Below, in pieces: positions 42,073-51,123 of a DNA stretch of 64,000 nucleotides. The DNA comes from Candidatus Thorarchaeota archaeon. Its GTDB lineage: Archaea; Asgardarchaeota; Thorarchaeia; Thorarchaeales; Thorarchaeaceae. Each line of letters opens with the position of its first letter. Position 1 is the stretch's first letter. The notes under the pieces were generated by a model. That model worked only from the letters and a program-made list of their open reading frames with translations, was not told the origin of the DNA and did not search any database. The position numbers were made by a program, and so were the translations under genes. Where the stretch lies: NCBI GenBank assembly GCA_011364905.1, contig RDNZ01000005.1, positions 32,001-96,000 of the forward strand. The letters are read 5' to 3'.

Positions 42073-42774
42073 CTAGTGAGGCATGAGTAGTACCGGATTC
42101 TCAAGAAGTGGCCTGACACTATCCTTAACGATAAACTGCTCGTCACCTACTTGGACCTCCAAGAGCTTACGGAGTTCAAATCTGCGAAGATAGCCGACGG
42201 CTTGATCTCTTTCTAGGTTTAAGTCCTTCATCATTTTGCTAAGACCCTTCTTATCGCCGCTGAATTCAGCAAATTTACTGAAGACCGAGCTCCATTGCAT
42301 CATTACAAGATACAAGAGTGTTCGAAGCATACTATCCACATTTTCTCCAGTCTTAGCTGACACAGGAAAAACTGGAAGACCTGCAAGGAAACGAAGGTTC
42401 TTTCGCAGTTGATCAATTGGTCTGGATTCTGAGAGGTCCTGTTTGTTCGCAGCCACCACACAAGGGACTCCTGGGAGGAAAAACGCAATCTCCCGGAAGA
42501 ATAGCTTTGCCCTAGCATCTGACTCTGGATCAACTGAGTCTACCACAAAGATAATGCCGTCTGCGCCTGCGCTTAGAATCTTTCGCATTGTTCGAAACCG
42601 TAACAGCCCGGGAGTACCGAACATGAAGACATTCAAGCCATCTACATTAGCTAGACCATGGTCCATCGCAATTGTAGTACCCCTGCGTTCCACATTGATG
42701 CAGGCACCATTGGTGATGTGATGAATCATCAGGCTTTTTCCAGCTTCATATGGACCTGTCACGACTATCTTCAT
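42073..42774 (-). CDS. Small GTPase (CvnD/GPN/MglA-related) with a C-terminal wHTH-like extension
   Basis: GPYEAGKS, TTIAMDHG, FGTPG, NKQD, SAK. Confidence 0.88.
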   Translation of the reverse strand: MKIVVTGPYEAGKSLMIHHITNGACINVERRGTTIAMDHGLANVDGLNVFMFGTPGLLRFRTMRKILSAGADGIIFVVDSVDPESDARAKLFFREIAFFLPGVPCVVAANKQDLSESRPIDQLRKNLRFLAGLPVFPVSAKTGENVDSMLRTLLYLVMMQWSSVFSKFAEFSGDKKGLSKMMKDLNLERDQAVGYLRRFELRKLLEVQVGDEQFIVKDSVRPLLENPVLLMPH

Positions 42775-42939
42775 TCGACCACCAAACTCTGAATTCGAAT
42801 CACTGTGTTTCCAATATTCTGATGCTCATTATAAGGTTTGTAGTGCTATTATCGTTAATGCTTCTTCAGGCGCCACCTATAAAGAATGCATTTCTAAGGC
42901 ACCCAGATTGCACAATTTGGAAGAATTGGTTTGTGAGGA

Positions 42940-43018
42940 GAGACCGGCCGCTCGCGACGGCAATCCTCAAACACGGGCTCCAACGGATTTACCGATGTTC
43001 TCATGGGAAATCGGTCTC
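42940..43018 (-). promoter_or_regulatory. Eukaryote-like (type II) SECIS element overlapping the selD stop codon
   Basis: Minus strand A-UGAG-AACAUCGGU-AAA-UCC-GUU-GGA-GCCCGUGUU-UGAG; outer helix GAGACCG/CGGUCUC. Confidence 0.85.
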
Positions 43019-44035
43019 AATGAACTGAACCTCTTGTGCAAGTCTTGCACAAGGTGATCCTTTAGCTTCCACAACTTTGCCAATAGTCCAGCAGGGCAGA
43101 TTCTTCTTTGCTAGGAAATTTCGAAACTCATCTGCCTTACTTGAATCCAAGAACACAAGCATTCCACCTGCAGTTTCAGACCCAAATCCAGACGAGAGTT
43201 TATGTCCAAAGAACTCTGCAAGTCGGAGGGTTCCCCGAATTACAGGGATTTGATCAATGACAACATCAACTCCGCTGAGAAAACTGACATTTCCAGCATG
43301 TCCAAGTAGGCCAAAACCTGTTACATCAGTTGCAGCATGGACTCCAACTTCTTGCATTGCTTGTGCAACTTCAAGATTGCTGAATGTCATTAGTCGAACT
43401 GCATTATCCTGCATATTCTTCAGGTCTGCTTCATCGAACTTGGACAAGAGGACATCGCGTTTCTCATCCTTGAGGTCTCTATAGGATCTCATTGCTGGTT
43501 GGATACCCAATGGTTTTGTTAGAAGAACTACATCACCTGCTTTTGCACCATGTGAATATACAATATCACGAGGATGTGCAGTACCCAGAGCAATCCCTCC
43601 GAAGACCGGAACAGGATTTTTGATTGTCTGACCACCAGCGAGTTTTGCATCATGTCTTTCCATGAAATTCTTCATGCCCGTGAGAACACCAACAACAATC
43701 TCCTCGGGTAAATCCTTGGGATAAGCAAGAAATGCTTGAAGTGATAGGAGCTTGGTAGCACCCATCGCAAAGACATCATTGGTAGCATTGCAAGCGACAA
43801 TCTCCCCTTGTATCTGAGGGTCATCATGTATAGGTGTGAAGATATCCACATTTTCTACAATTGCTACATCATCGTTGATAATGCGGATCACAGCATCGTC
43901 GCCAATTTCCTCAGTTGTGCATTCACCTAGAGGAAGTAGATTAGCTGTTTGTAGAAGGTGAGTGAGATCCTCCTGCTTGACCTTGCAGCTTCAGCCGTGA
44001 GAAGTTACCATTGCAGTCAAACGCACATCAGGCAC
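43001..44035 (-). CDS. selD: Selenophosphate synthetase, selenoprotein form (Sec15 at in-frame UGA 43991-43993)
   Basis: Frame extends upstream to GTG at 44035 after an AGGAGG SD: MPDVRLTAMVTSHG-U-SCK; DDA, NVDIFTP, NDVFAMG, TKPLG, TDVTGFGLLGH, ETAGG. Confidence 0.95.
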
Positions 44036-44186
44036 TTAGTGACTCATCCTCCTGTTCTGTTTTAGGCATTGCAGCCTCGTCCATGTTTAGTGATAGCCTG
44101 TAATAAGATTCTGGGTCAAGTTCACTTCACAAGCCTTATAGCCATGCCAACGAAGCGATGCGTCATTATAGGAGCGTGCATACTAG

Positions 44187-45632
44187 TTGGATATCAAGAA
44201 GGTATCTGAGAACATCCACGAGATTCCCAAGGGTACACAAGCCTGCATGAGAGTACCTGTCAAGATATTCGCTTCTGATAAACTGGTCGAGAAGATGAAA
44301 CAAGATGCTACCTTCACACAAGCAACAAACGCAGCATGTTTGCCAGGTATCTATAAACACAGTATTGTACTGCCTGATGGTCACCAGGGCTATGGATTCC
44401 CTATAGGGGGAGTTGCAGCCACGGATTATGAATCAGGAGTGATTTCACCAGGTGGAGTTGGCTATGATATCAACTGCGGTGTCCGCATTTTGAGGACCAA
44501 TCTTGATGAAAACGATGTACGGCCTAAACTCAAAGATCTCATTGATCAACTCTTCACGAATGTGCCTACTGGAGTTGGAAGACAAGGAAAGATCGACTTA
44601 CGAAACCAAAAAGGTGTAGATGAGGTCTTGGCTGGTGGAGCAGAATGGGCCACAGAGCAAGGTTATGGTTGGCAGGAAGACCTTGACCATCAAGAGGCAA
44701 ATGGAAAACTCAGTATTGCAAATCCGGATGACGTTCCTGTTTCAGCGAAAAACCGCGGACTTAAACAAAGCGGTACACTTGGTTCTGGCAATCATTTTCT
44801 AGAAATTCAAGTCGTGGATGATATCTATGATGAGGCGGCTGCAAAAATCATGGGTATCACTCGAAAGAAGCAAGTAATGGTTATGATTCACAGTGGGTCA
44901 AGGGGTCTTGGGCATCAGGTATGTTCAGAGTTCATAAAGACAATGACTCAAGCGATGAGGAAGTATAACATTGAGGTTCCAGATAGGGAGCTATGTAGCG
45001 CCCCCACCACGTCTCCTGAGGGGCAGGCATATTTGGGAGCAATGAGCGCAGCCGCAAATTACGCATTCGCCAACCGGCAAGTGATGATGCATTGGACAAG
45101 AGAGACTTTTGGTAAGGTTTTGGGCAGTTCTCCTGAAGATTTGGATATGAGTCTAATCTATGATGTAGCCCATAACATGGGTAAGGTGGAGTATCACGAT
45201 ATAGATGGCAAGAAGACCAAGGTAGTGGTTCACAGAAAAGGTGCAACTCGCGCTTTTCCGCCTGGTAATCCTGATGTGCCCTCCAAATACCGTGATGTTG
45301 GACAACCGGTGATAATTCCGGGTACAATGGGGACAGCGTCGTATATACTTATTGGGAATCAAAAAGCAATGGATCTCACCTGGGGATCAACCGCTCACGG
45401 TGCTGGTCGATTCATGAGTCGCTCAAAAGCCAAGAAACGCTTCTTTGGCAAGGAGGTTCAGGAAAAACTAGCCACTGAAGGTATCATTGTAAAGGCGACC
45501 AAGGGAATTGTCATCGCAGAGGAGGCACCAGGCGCATACAAAGATGTGGATGAAGTAGTGAAAGTGTCGGATGCAGTCGGAATTGCCACAAAGGCTGTCA
45601 GATTACGACCCATTGGTGTCATCAAGGGTTGA
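44187..45632 (+). CDS. rtcB: RtcB 3'-phosphate/5'-OH RNA ligase
   Basis: PDGHQGYGFPIG, GVGYDINCG, GTLGSGNHFLE, HSGSRG, HN, HRKGAT, HGAGR, EEAPGAYK. Confidence 0.97.
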   Translation: MDIKKVSENIHEIPKGTQACMRVPVKIFASDKLVEKMKQDATFTQATNAACLPGIYKHSIVLPDGHQGYGFPIGGVAATDYESGVISPGGVGYDINCGVRILRTNLDENDVRPKLKDLIDQLFTNVPTGVGRQGKIDLRNQKGVDEVLAGGAEWATEQGYGWQEDLDHQEANGKLSIANPDDVPVSAKNRGLKQSGTLGSGNHFLEIQVVDDIYDEAAAKIMGITRKKQVMVMIHSGSRGLGHQVCSEFIKTMTQAMRKYNIEVPDRELCSAPTTSPEGQAYLGAMSAAANYAFANRQVMMHWTRETFGKVLGSSPEDLDMSLIYDVAHNMGKVEYHDIDGKKTKVVVHRKGATRAFPPGNPDVPSKYRDVGQPVIIPGTMGTASYILIGNQKAMDLTWGSTAHGAGRFMSRSKAKKRFFGKEVQEKLATEGIIVKATKGIVIAEEAPGAYKDVDEVVKVSDAVGIATKAVRLRPIGVIKG

Positions 45633-46550
45633 ATGATTTCTTCTTTCACGCACAGCAATATCTGCGAGCACTAATGCAATTCCAGATAAGATGACTATAA
45701 ACCCAATCACCGTTGTTAGACTAGGTATTTGAAAGAAGATTATTGCTGCTAGCAATGCGGCGCCTATAGGCTCACCAAGAACGGCTGATGAAACAACATA
45801 TGCAGGTACTTTGGTTAAGAGGTAGTTGTTTACAGAGTGCCCAAGAACCGTGGGAAAGATTGCTAACGCAATAAAAATCGCAACCTCTCTAGGCTCAAAG
45901 ACTACTAAGTTCAGGTTGAAAGCAATACAGATTGGTGCAGTTGTAATGGCTGCTATAAAATAGATGGCTGTTGTGTATACTGTTATTGGCAACTCCTTGG
46001 CAAACCGTCGACCGCCTATGAAGTAAAGAGCCAAGAACACAGCACCTGCGAGAGCAAGAAGATCACCACTCAGTGCGATCAATCCACTTCCTCCGAAGTC
46101 GCCCCAGGCAAGAAAAACTGCTCCAATGAGCGCGATTAAAATTCCTATCCAAGACCGTCTTCTCAGAGATTCTCCTAGAAAAAGAGTTGAGAGAACAGCT
46201 GTAAAGATAGGCGATGAATCCACAAGTACGACACTTGCAGCCACAGTTGTCATGGTGAGAGATTGAAACCATGTACAGAAGTGGAGCGACAAAGTGACAC
46301 CGATGGCCACCAACCAATGCCAGTTCGCTTTTATGACGGATCGGGTAATTCTTTTGAAATCACCATTCACGATTCCAATGGACCCCATGAATATTGCACC
46401 ATAGAATGTTCTCCAAAAGACAATCACAAATGGGTGAGAAGAACTGAGAAGAATCAGAATACTCGCGCTCGATACCATTGAAACTGATAAAACAAGCAGA
46501 GGAATTACTTGGCGCTTACTACTTGAGGAATCAACAAGGGATTCTGCCAT
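45603..46550 (-). CDS. DMT/EamA family transporter
   Basis: Ten TM helices in two repeats; LHF, PIF...LGE, GDLLAL, GH, EP motifs. Confidence 0.9.
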   Translation of the reverse strand: MAESLVDSSSSKRQVIPLLVLSVSMVSSASILILLSSSHPFVIVFWRTFYGAIFMGSIGIVNGDFKRITRSVIKANWHWLVAIGVTLSLHFCTWFQSLTMTTVAASVVLVDSSPIFTAVLSTLFLGESLRRRSWIGILIALIGAVFLAWGDFGGSGLIALSGDLLALAGAVFLALYFIGGRRFAKELPITVYTTAIYFIAAITTAPICIAFNLNLVVFEPREVAIFIALAIFPTVLGHSVNNYLLTKVPAYVVSSAVLGEPIGAALLAAIIFFQIPSLTTVIGFIVILSGIALVLADIAVRERRNHSTLDDTNGS

Positions 46551-46553
46551 TTT

Positions 46554-47054
46554 TTACACCCATGTTCGATGACCACCAGATCCACATCCAAGACATCTTA
46601 ATCCTTCTTCATTAGCTTCTGCGACCTGGGAAGAGCAAACTGGACATTTCTGGACAATCAAATTCTCAAGATTGTGAGCTTGAATCTTTTCTTCAACCTC
46701 ACTGAGATCAGAATACTCTATGAGCACTTTTCCATCTGCTCCACGAACCATCTTCGATAACGATTCGATATCGCCTTGGAAAAACATCAAAACCGGTTTC
46801 ATGTGCTCAATTGCGAGCATGATCTCCATTCCCACGCCTAAGGAGGAATTTGATACTTCGGCAATTAGAAAGTCAGACATTAGGACTTTATGGACGTCTC
46901 GTCTATAAACCTCTTCTGAGTCAGCTGGAGCGAGAAACTGGGGAGCAAAGACAGTAAATCCTGAATCCTCAAGCGTTGCCACAACTCGCGTGCAAAAATC
47001 GTTCTTCCTTGATGCTTTCTTGATGATTGGAGCTGAAAGATAAACTAGGACCAT
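46554..47054 (-). CDS. Nucleoside 2-deoxyribosyltransferase / RCL-like hydrolase with a C-terminal zinc ribbon
   Basis: VYLSAPI, RD...SDFLIAEVS..SLGVGME, SKM; CPVC...CLGC. Confidence 0.8.
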   Translation of the reverse strand: MVLVYLSAPIIKKASRKNDFCTRVVATLEDSGFTVFAPQFLAPADSEEVYRRDVHKVLMSDFLIAEVSNSSLGVGMEIMLAIEHMKPVLMFFQGDIESLSKMVRGADGKVLIEYSDLSEVEEKIQAHNLENLIVQKCPVCSSQVAEANEEGLRCLGCGSGGHRTWV

Positions 47055-47082
47055 CGTTGAACCTCTAGCAGTTTCTCAATCC

Positions 47083-47439
47083 CTATTGCTCACCGGTAGA
47101 CTCTCTTGCAGCACCCAACTCGGAAATTGATGGAACTGAACCATCATCTACAAGTATCTCATATTTCCCAGAGCGGCCAAGAGAGAGTTGAATCTTCCCC
47201 CGCCATTCTTTGGCCCAGCCATCAATAATTCTAATCACCTTTCCAGCAGATAGATCAGTTCCTTCATTGAATCCCCAAAGCGAGAGGATCGTAGATCCAG
47301 TATCATCAGCTACGAGAACTTCAATGAGTTGGGTTTTCCGCCCGGTTCTAGTGCTTATCATTTTAGGTGGGGCCATGGAAACAACACGGACAACCAAGTC
47401 GGTCACATTCTTTTCTGGTTCGACATCGGATAGTTTCAA
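47083..47439 (-). CDS. ssb: Single OB-fold ssDNA-binding protein (SSB/RPA-like)
   Basis: VRVV, VADDTGS..LSLW, KEWRGKIQLSLGR; TTG start after a GAGGA SD. Confidence 0.85.
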   Translation of the reverse strand: MKLSDVEPEKNVTDLVVRVVSMAPPKMISTRTGRKTQLIEVLVADDTGSTILSLWGFNEGTDLSAGKVIRIIDGWAKEWRGKIQLSLGRSGKYEILVDDGSVPSISELGAARESTGEQ

Positions 47440-47499
47440 GAAGATTCCTCTATCTTGATGACGCACATACTAGCAAATCAGTTTTTCCGATTATCGAAA

Positions 47500-49329
47500 C
47501 TATTCGGATTCCGTTTCGTCATCGTTGGAATCCAGAAGTTTATCGAGTTCTGCGAGTGTTTCTCCATTAAGCGGAAGATATGGAGTATCTTCATCCTCTT
47601 CTTCATCCGCAGTGGTTTTGGATTCGGCTGTCCCTGTACCACCTACCGAGCGATCTAGGGGCCCCAGAAAAGCCTCAAGCTCTTCAAGAGATTCAGCATC
47701 TATCTCACTGGGTTCCTCAGGTTCATGCAAGAAGGGAATAGTTTCATCACTCCCAATTGCCTGAAGCGCTGTGTCAAGGTCCTCGTCAGAAGCATGGTCA
47801 ATCTCCTGCGCAATCATATTGTCAAAATCATCTGCTTCAAGAGCTTCAAAGATGATGTCTTTGGCCATCTGTGCTGCATCCGTAATTTCTTCCACGAGAG
47901 CAGGGCCTAGGTCTTCAGAAGCTACAACGGTGGTTTCCATATCAAGCTCTATTGGTTCATGCTCTTGCACAGATTCAATTGCGGGTCCGGACTCTGGCTC
48001 TTGTTCAATTTGGATGGCTATTTCTTCTGTGGCATCGCCTATTAGAGCCTCTATCTCAATTTCCTCTTCTAACATTGGCTCTTCTACCTCCTCAGCCTCT
48101 GTCACTTCAGATTCCAATTGAGCGGCTTCGACCTCAGGTTCCACTAGTGATGCTTCGGCCTCCTCAGCAGGTGTTTCTTCAATCTCTGCGGGTTCTTCCT
48201 CTACTTCGAACTCCTCTTCTACTATCTCCTCTTCCCCTTCCTCGATAATCTCATATTCCTCAAGATTCTCGATTACGTGGCCTTCTTCATCAACATAGAC
48301 TTCTTCGTATTCTTCTGCCTCTTCGTATTCTTCTTCAGCTTCTGCCTTTTCCACCTCGACCATCTCTGCGTGTGAAGTTTCAGCTATGGCCTCTTCAGTA
48401 GCGGCTTCTGTAAACTTAAGCAGTTCCGAGGCTGGTAGGTCAGGCAGGGCGACTCCCACATATTGGGCAGCAGCATTCATGAGGATTCGAAGCATTTCAT
48501 CTCGGCGTTCTTTGTCAATGGCCACCATTGGATAGGTGGGTATTCCCAGCACCTTTTGGACCACCTCAGGTTTCATCGCATTTGGTTTGTCCTGTTTATT
48601 CGCCATGGCAAAGACTGGGACCTTAGGAGCATCCCTTTTGATCAGTTTCAATATGTCCTTACTAATGATGACATTCCTCAGCGTAGAGTCACACACTAGA
48701 AAGATGACATCGGCACCATGAAAATAAAATCGCCATAAAGTTCTGAAACGCTCTTGCCCTGCAAAGTCCCACAGAACCAGAGAGTAATTACCAAATCGAA
48801 TATTCTCAACAGTTTCCAGATTCAAAGCGATTGTAGGCACATATTGAAGGGGGGGAGTGTCACCAAGGAGCAAATGCAGTGTGGTTGTTTTACCAACACC
48901 TCCTTCCCCAACCAAAGCGATCTTGAGACGAGTAGTCACAGATGGTTCAATTAGAATTGCATAATTCTTTACAGCGCCTTCAATGCCCTCCTTTTTGAAC
49001 TTCGTTCGGAGAGCTTTGAGAGCCAAATCAATTTTCTCGAATGTACTGCCTTCGTCTTCACCCTTATCGGTAACAAAGACCAGAACTGAGTCCTCTATCC
49101 AATCTTTCCCGAGAAACTTATGGTCACCAACCACCAAGGGCAATTCTGAAACTTGACCGGGTTCCGTTCTGAGCTCTTCTCTGGTTGAGATGAATTCATT
49201 CAGCTCATCTCTATCCACATCAACAGGCCAGTATTGAGTCGCAGCGATTATCTGCCGCGTGGAAATGCGAACGAGGAAGGTGTTGTGGATCACTTCAATA
49301 TCACCAGTTTCTATCACATCAAGAGGCAA
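47500..49329 (-). CDS. Arf-related small GTPase fused to an N-terminal longin-like domain and a ~300-aa acidic tail
   Basis: GEGGVGKT, YVPTI, WDFAGQERFRTLWRFYF, NKQD; Glu-rich C-terminal half. Confidence 0.88.
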   Translation of the reverse strand: MPLDVIETGDIEVIHNTFLVRISTRQIIAATQYWPVDVDRDELNEFISTREELRTEPGQVSELPLVVGDHKFLGKDWIEDSVLVFVTDKGEDEGSTFEKIDLALKALRTKFKKEGIEGAVKNYAILIEPSVTTRLKIALVGEGGVGKTTTLHLLLGDTPPLQYVPTIALNLETVENIRFGNYSLVLWDFAGQERFRTLWRFYFHGADVIFLVCDSTLRNVIISKDILKLIKRDAPKVPVFAMANKQDKPNAMKPEVVQKVLGIPTYPMVAIDKERRDEMLRILMNAAAQYVGVALPDLPASELLKFTEAATEEAIAETSHAEMVEVEKAEAEEEYEEAEEYEEVYVDEEGHVIENLEEYEIIEEGEEEIVEEEFEVEEEPAEIEETPAEEAEASLVEPEVEAAQLESEVTEAEEVEEPMLEEEIEIEALIGDATEEIAIQIEQEPESGPAIESVQEHEPIELDMETTVVASEDLGPALVEEITDAAQMAKDIIFEALEADDFDNMIAQEIDHASDEDLDTALQAIGSDETIPFLHEPEEPSEIDAESLEELEAFLGPLDRSVGGTGTAESKTTADEEEDEDTPYLPLNGETLAELDKLLDSNDDETESE

Positions 49330-49440
49330 TGCCCAGAGGCCTTAACGCCAGTAGGTTAATTTCATTGAGTATAGATTAAGATGTCCCGTGTGTATATTTC
49401 GATATTCTGTATATCCATTCTTGGTATTAGAGAAGGAAAA

Positions 49441-49650
49441 CGTTGGAGCGGCGGGTTCGCCGAGGCGAACCTTCCGCATCCGTGGAGCTCTTCGCAACAG
49501 GATGCATGGTAAAATCAAATTACATGCGCAAGACTGCCCAGTTATGGGCAATAGGGACCTAGAACTCACTTTGGGACCGTGTTTGCTGCGAGTTCCTGAC
49601 GGGGGAAGCCATGCAACCCTGTCATGAAGATTCACAGGTCCGAAGGGCAA
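49441..49650. ncRNA. Unassigned highly structured intergenic RNA candidate
   Basis: At least seven contiguous stems, including a multi-way junction closed by GGACCT/AGGTCC; GC-richer than its flanks. Confidence 0.55.
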
Positions 49651-49818
49651 AATACCATATGAAGCTTTCTAGGTTTTCAAAAGGCGTTTCTTAGTCGGAA
49701 TTCACTGGAATTATCGCAGTATTATTAAAGACTGATTGAGGAAATCGCAGAGGTTTGGAACATGCGTTTTCCATTTTAGTTTCAGCGAAGTATGAGTTAT
49801 CAAATCCAGTGATTGCAT

Positions 49819-50958
49819 TCAGCGCGGGAAGTTGTCTCTGAGTAATCGCAGGTGATGATGTACCATTTCCATCTGTTTTGGATCATCAGGTGTTTTCTCA
49901 AGGTCAGTGACGAGTGTTTGCAGGAAATACTCAGGGAAGAAGAGTCTGACACGGATGTCGTTCAAGAGGAACAACCATTTGTCGTAATCACCTGATGCAC
50001 CCTTGCGTCGCTTCTCAGATATTATTCTGAACTTCTTGAGTGTCTGAATCGCAGACTTCAACTCTTTTGGTGGGATGGCGAGGGTCGCTTCTAGTTCAGA
50101 GATATTTACAGGTCTCCTTCGTAATTCACTAAGAGTATCATAGCAGTCAGGGTCTGCCAATACTTGTGCTACGGAAACAGTGTCTTCTGGGGTCTTCTGC
50201 CACTCTGTCAAGAACTCCAGAACTTCGGCTTTATATTCGGCAGCAAGCTCAGGGTCCAAAACACTGCTAGCGGCTTCCATGGCCACTAACGGCGGAGCTC
50301 GGAAAACCTCCAAATCCTTAATCATGAAGACACAGGTTCGACCAATCTCATCAACCCACTCTGTCTTTACAAGACCCAATTCTTCGAAGGGAGCGATTAC
50401 AGAATCAACGCTTACACTTGGTAGTCCTGTAACCATCTTGAGCCACTCCTCAAGCTCCTCCTTAGAGATTCCGCCTTTCCAGAGCTTGGGAAAAACAGCT
50501 CGTGAAATCTCATCAGAAAACAGTCGTGCTAAACGCGACTCATCAGTCATTCCTGCAAGCCGAATGATTCTGCGATAGGTATTGTCGAGCTCAACCTTCA
50601 GTTCAGCATCAGTCATGGCTACGACAGCGTTGGTGAGTGGCGTCACGATTGAGGTTATCGCGGCCTCGTAAGTCTTCGGATCCTCAGAAGGTGTGAGTAA
50701 CAAGGAAACGCAATACTGTTCCTCTTCTCTGACAATCCCTGTGTAATAAGAAGCCACACCATACTCTTCACCCCCAATTCTAACACTTAGTGATGAGAAT
50801 CCAGCTGTGGCGTCACCCATAGCATGTGACGTGAAGATACGCATGATCTCCGTATTGAGATCCTCTCTGTAGTAGTCCGCAAAGTCCGCAGGAACTTTCG
50901 CCTTTAGGACAGCGCCAATCTTTGAGTCCCAGTCTATTAGCAGCATCGCAACGGGCAT
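49819..50958 (-). CDS. Longin/uDENN-like domain plus tandem winged-helix protein (NPRL2-like architecture)
   Basis: N-terminal LLIDWDSKIGAVLKAKVP resembles the uDENN/NPR2 FDxxxGP hairpin; two wHTH-like segments. Confidence 0.7.
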   Translation of the reverse strand: MPVAMLLIDWDSKIGAVLKAKVPADFADYYREDLNTEIMRIFTSHAMGDATAGFSSLSVRIGGEEYGVASYYTGIVREEEQYCVSLLLTPSEDPKTYEAAITSIVTPLTNAVVAMTDAELKVELDNTYRRIIRLAGMTDESRLARLFSDEISRAVFPKLWKGGISKEELEEWLKMVTGLPSVSVDSVIAPFEELGLVKTEWVDEIGRTCVFMIKDLEVFRAPPLVAMEAASSVLDPELAAEYKAEVLEFLTEWQKTPEDTVSVAQVLADPDCYDTLSELRRRPVNISELEATLAIPPKELKSAIQTLKKFRIISEKRRKGASGDYDKWLFLLNDIRVRLFFPEYFLQTLVTDLEKTPDDPKQMEMVHHHLRLLRDNFPR

Positions 50959-51123
50959 TTTACTTCGCTCCCAGTCCCTGGAGTATGGTAAGTATAAAGC
51001 CAGATTATTATTTGATGCATGGGGCCAGCCTAAAAAACCTTGTCTTATTTGGCTCCGACTATTAGAAATATCGAACTGTTCAGCGCTTTTTAGATGGGCC
51101 TTTTTTAAGCCCGAAAAGTAGTT

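Noticed and set aside
43991-43993. selD pseudogene caused by a nonsense mutation
   Set aside because: The UGA is at the catalytic Cys/Sec position and a SECIS-like element is present
49342-49650. ORFs 49342-49650(-) and 49388-49627(+) as proteins
   Set aside because: No protein-like features; better explained by GC-rich structured RNA
49441-49650. RNase P RNA, SRP RNA or tRNA-Sec assignment
   Set aside because: No GAGGAAAGUCC/ACAGAA boxes; CAGGTCCGAAGGGC only partly resembles SRP helix 8 and lacks AGCA and the long 3' strand; no UCA anticodon cloverleaf
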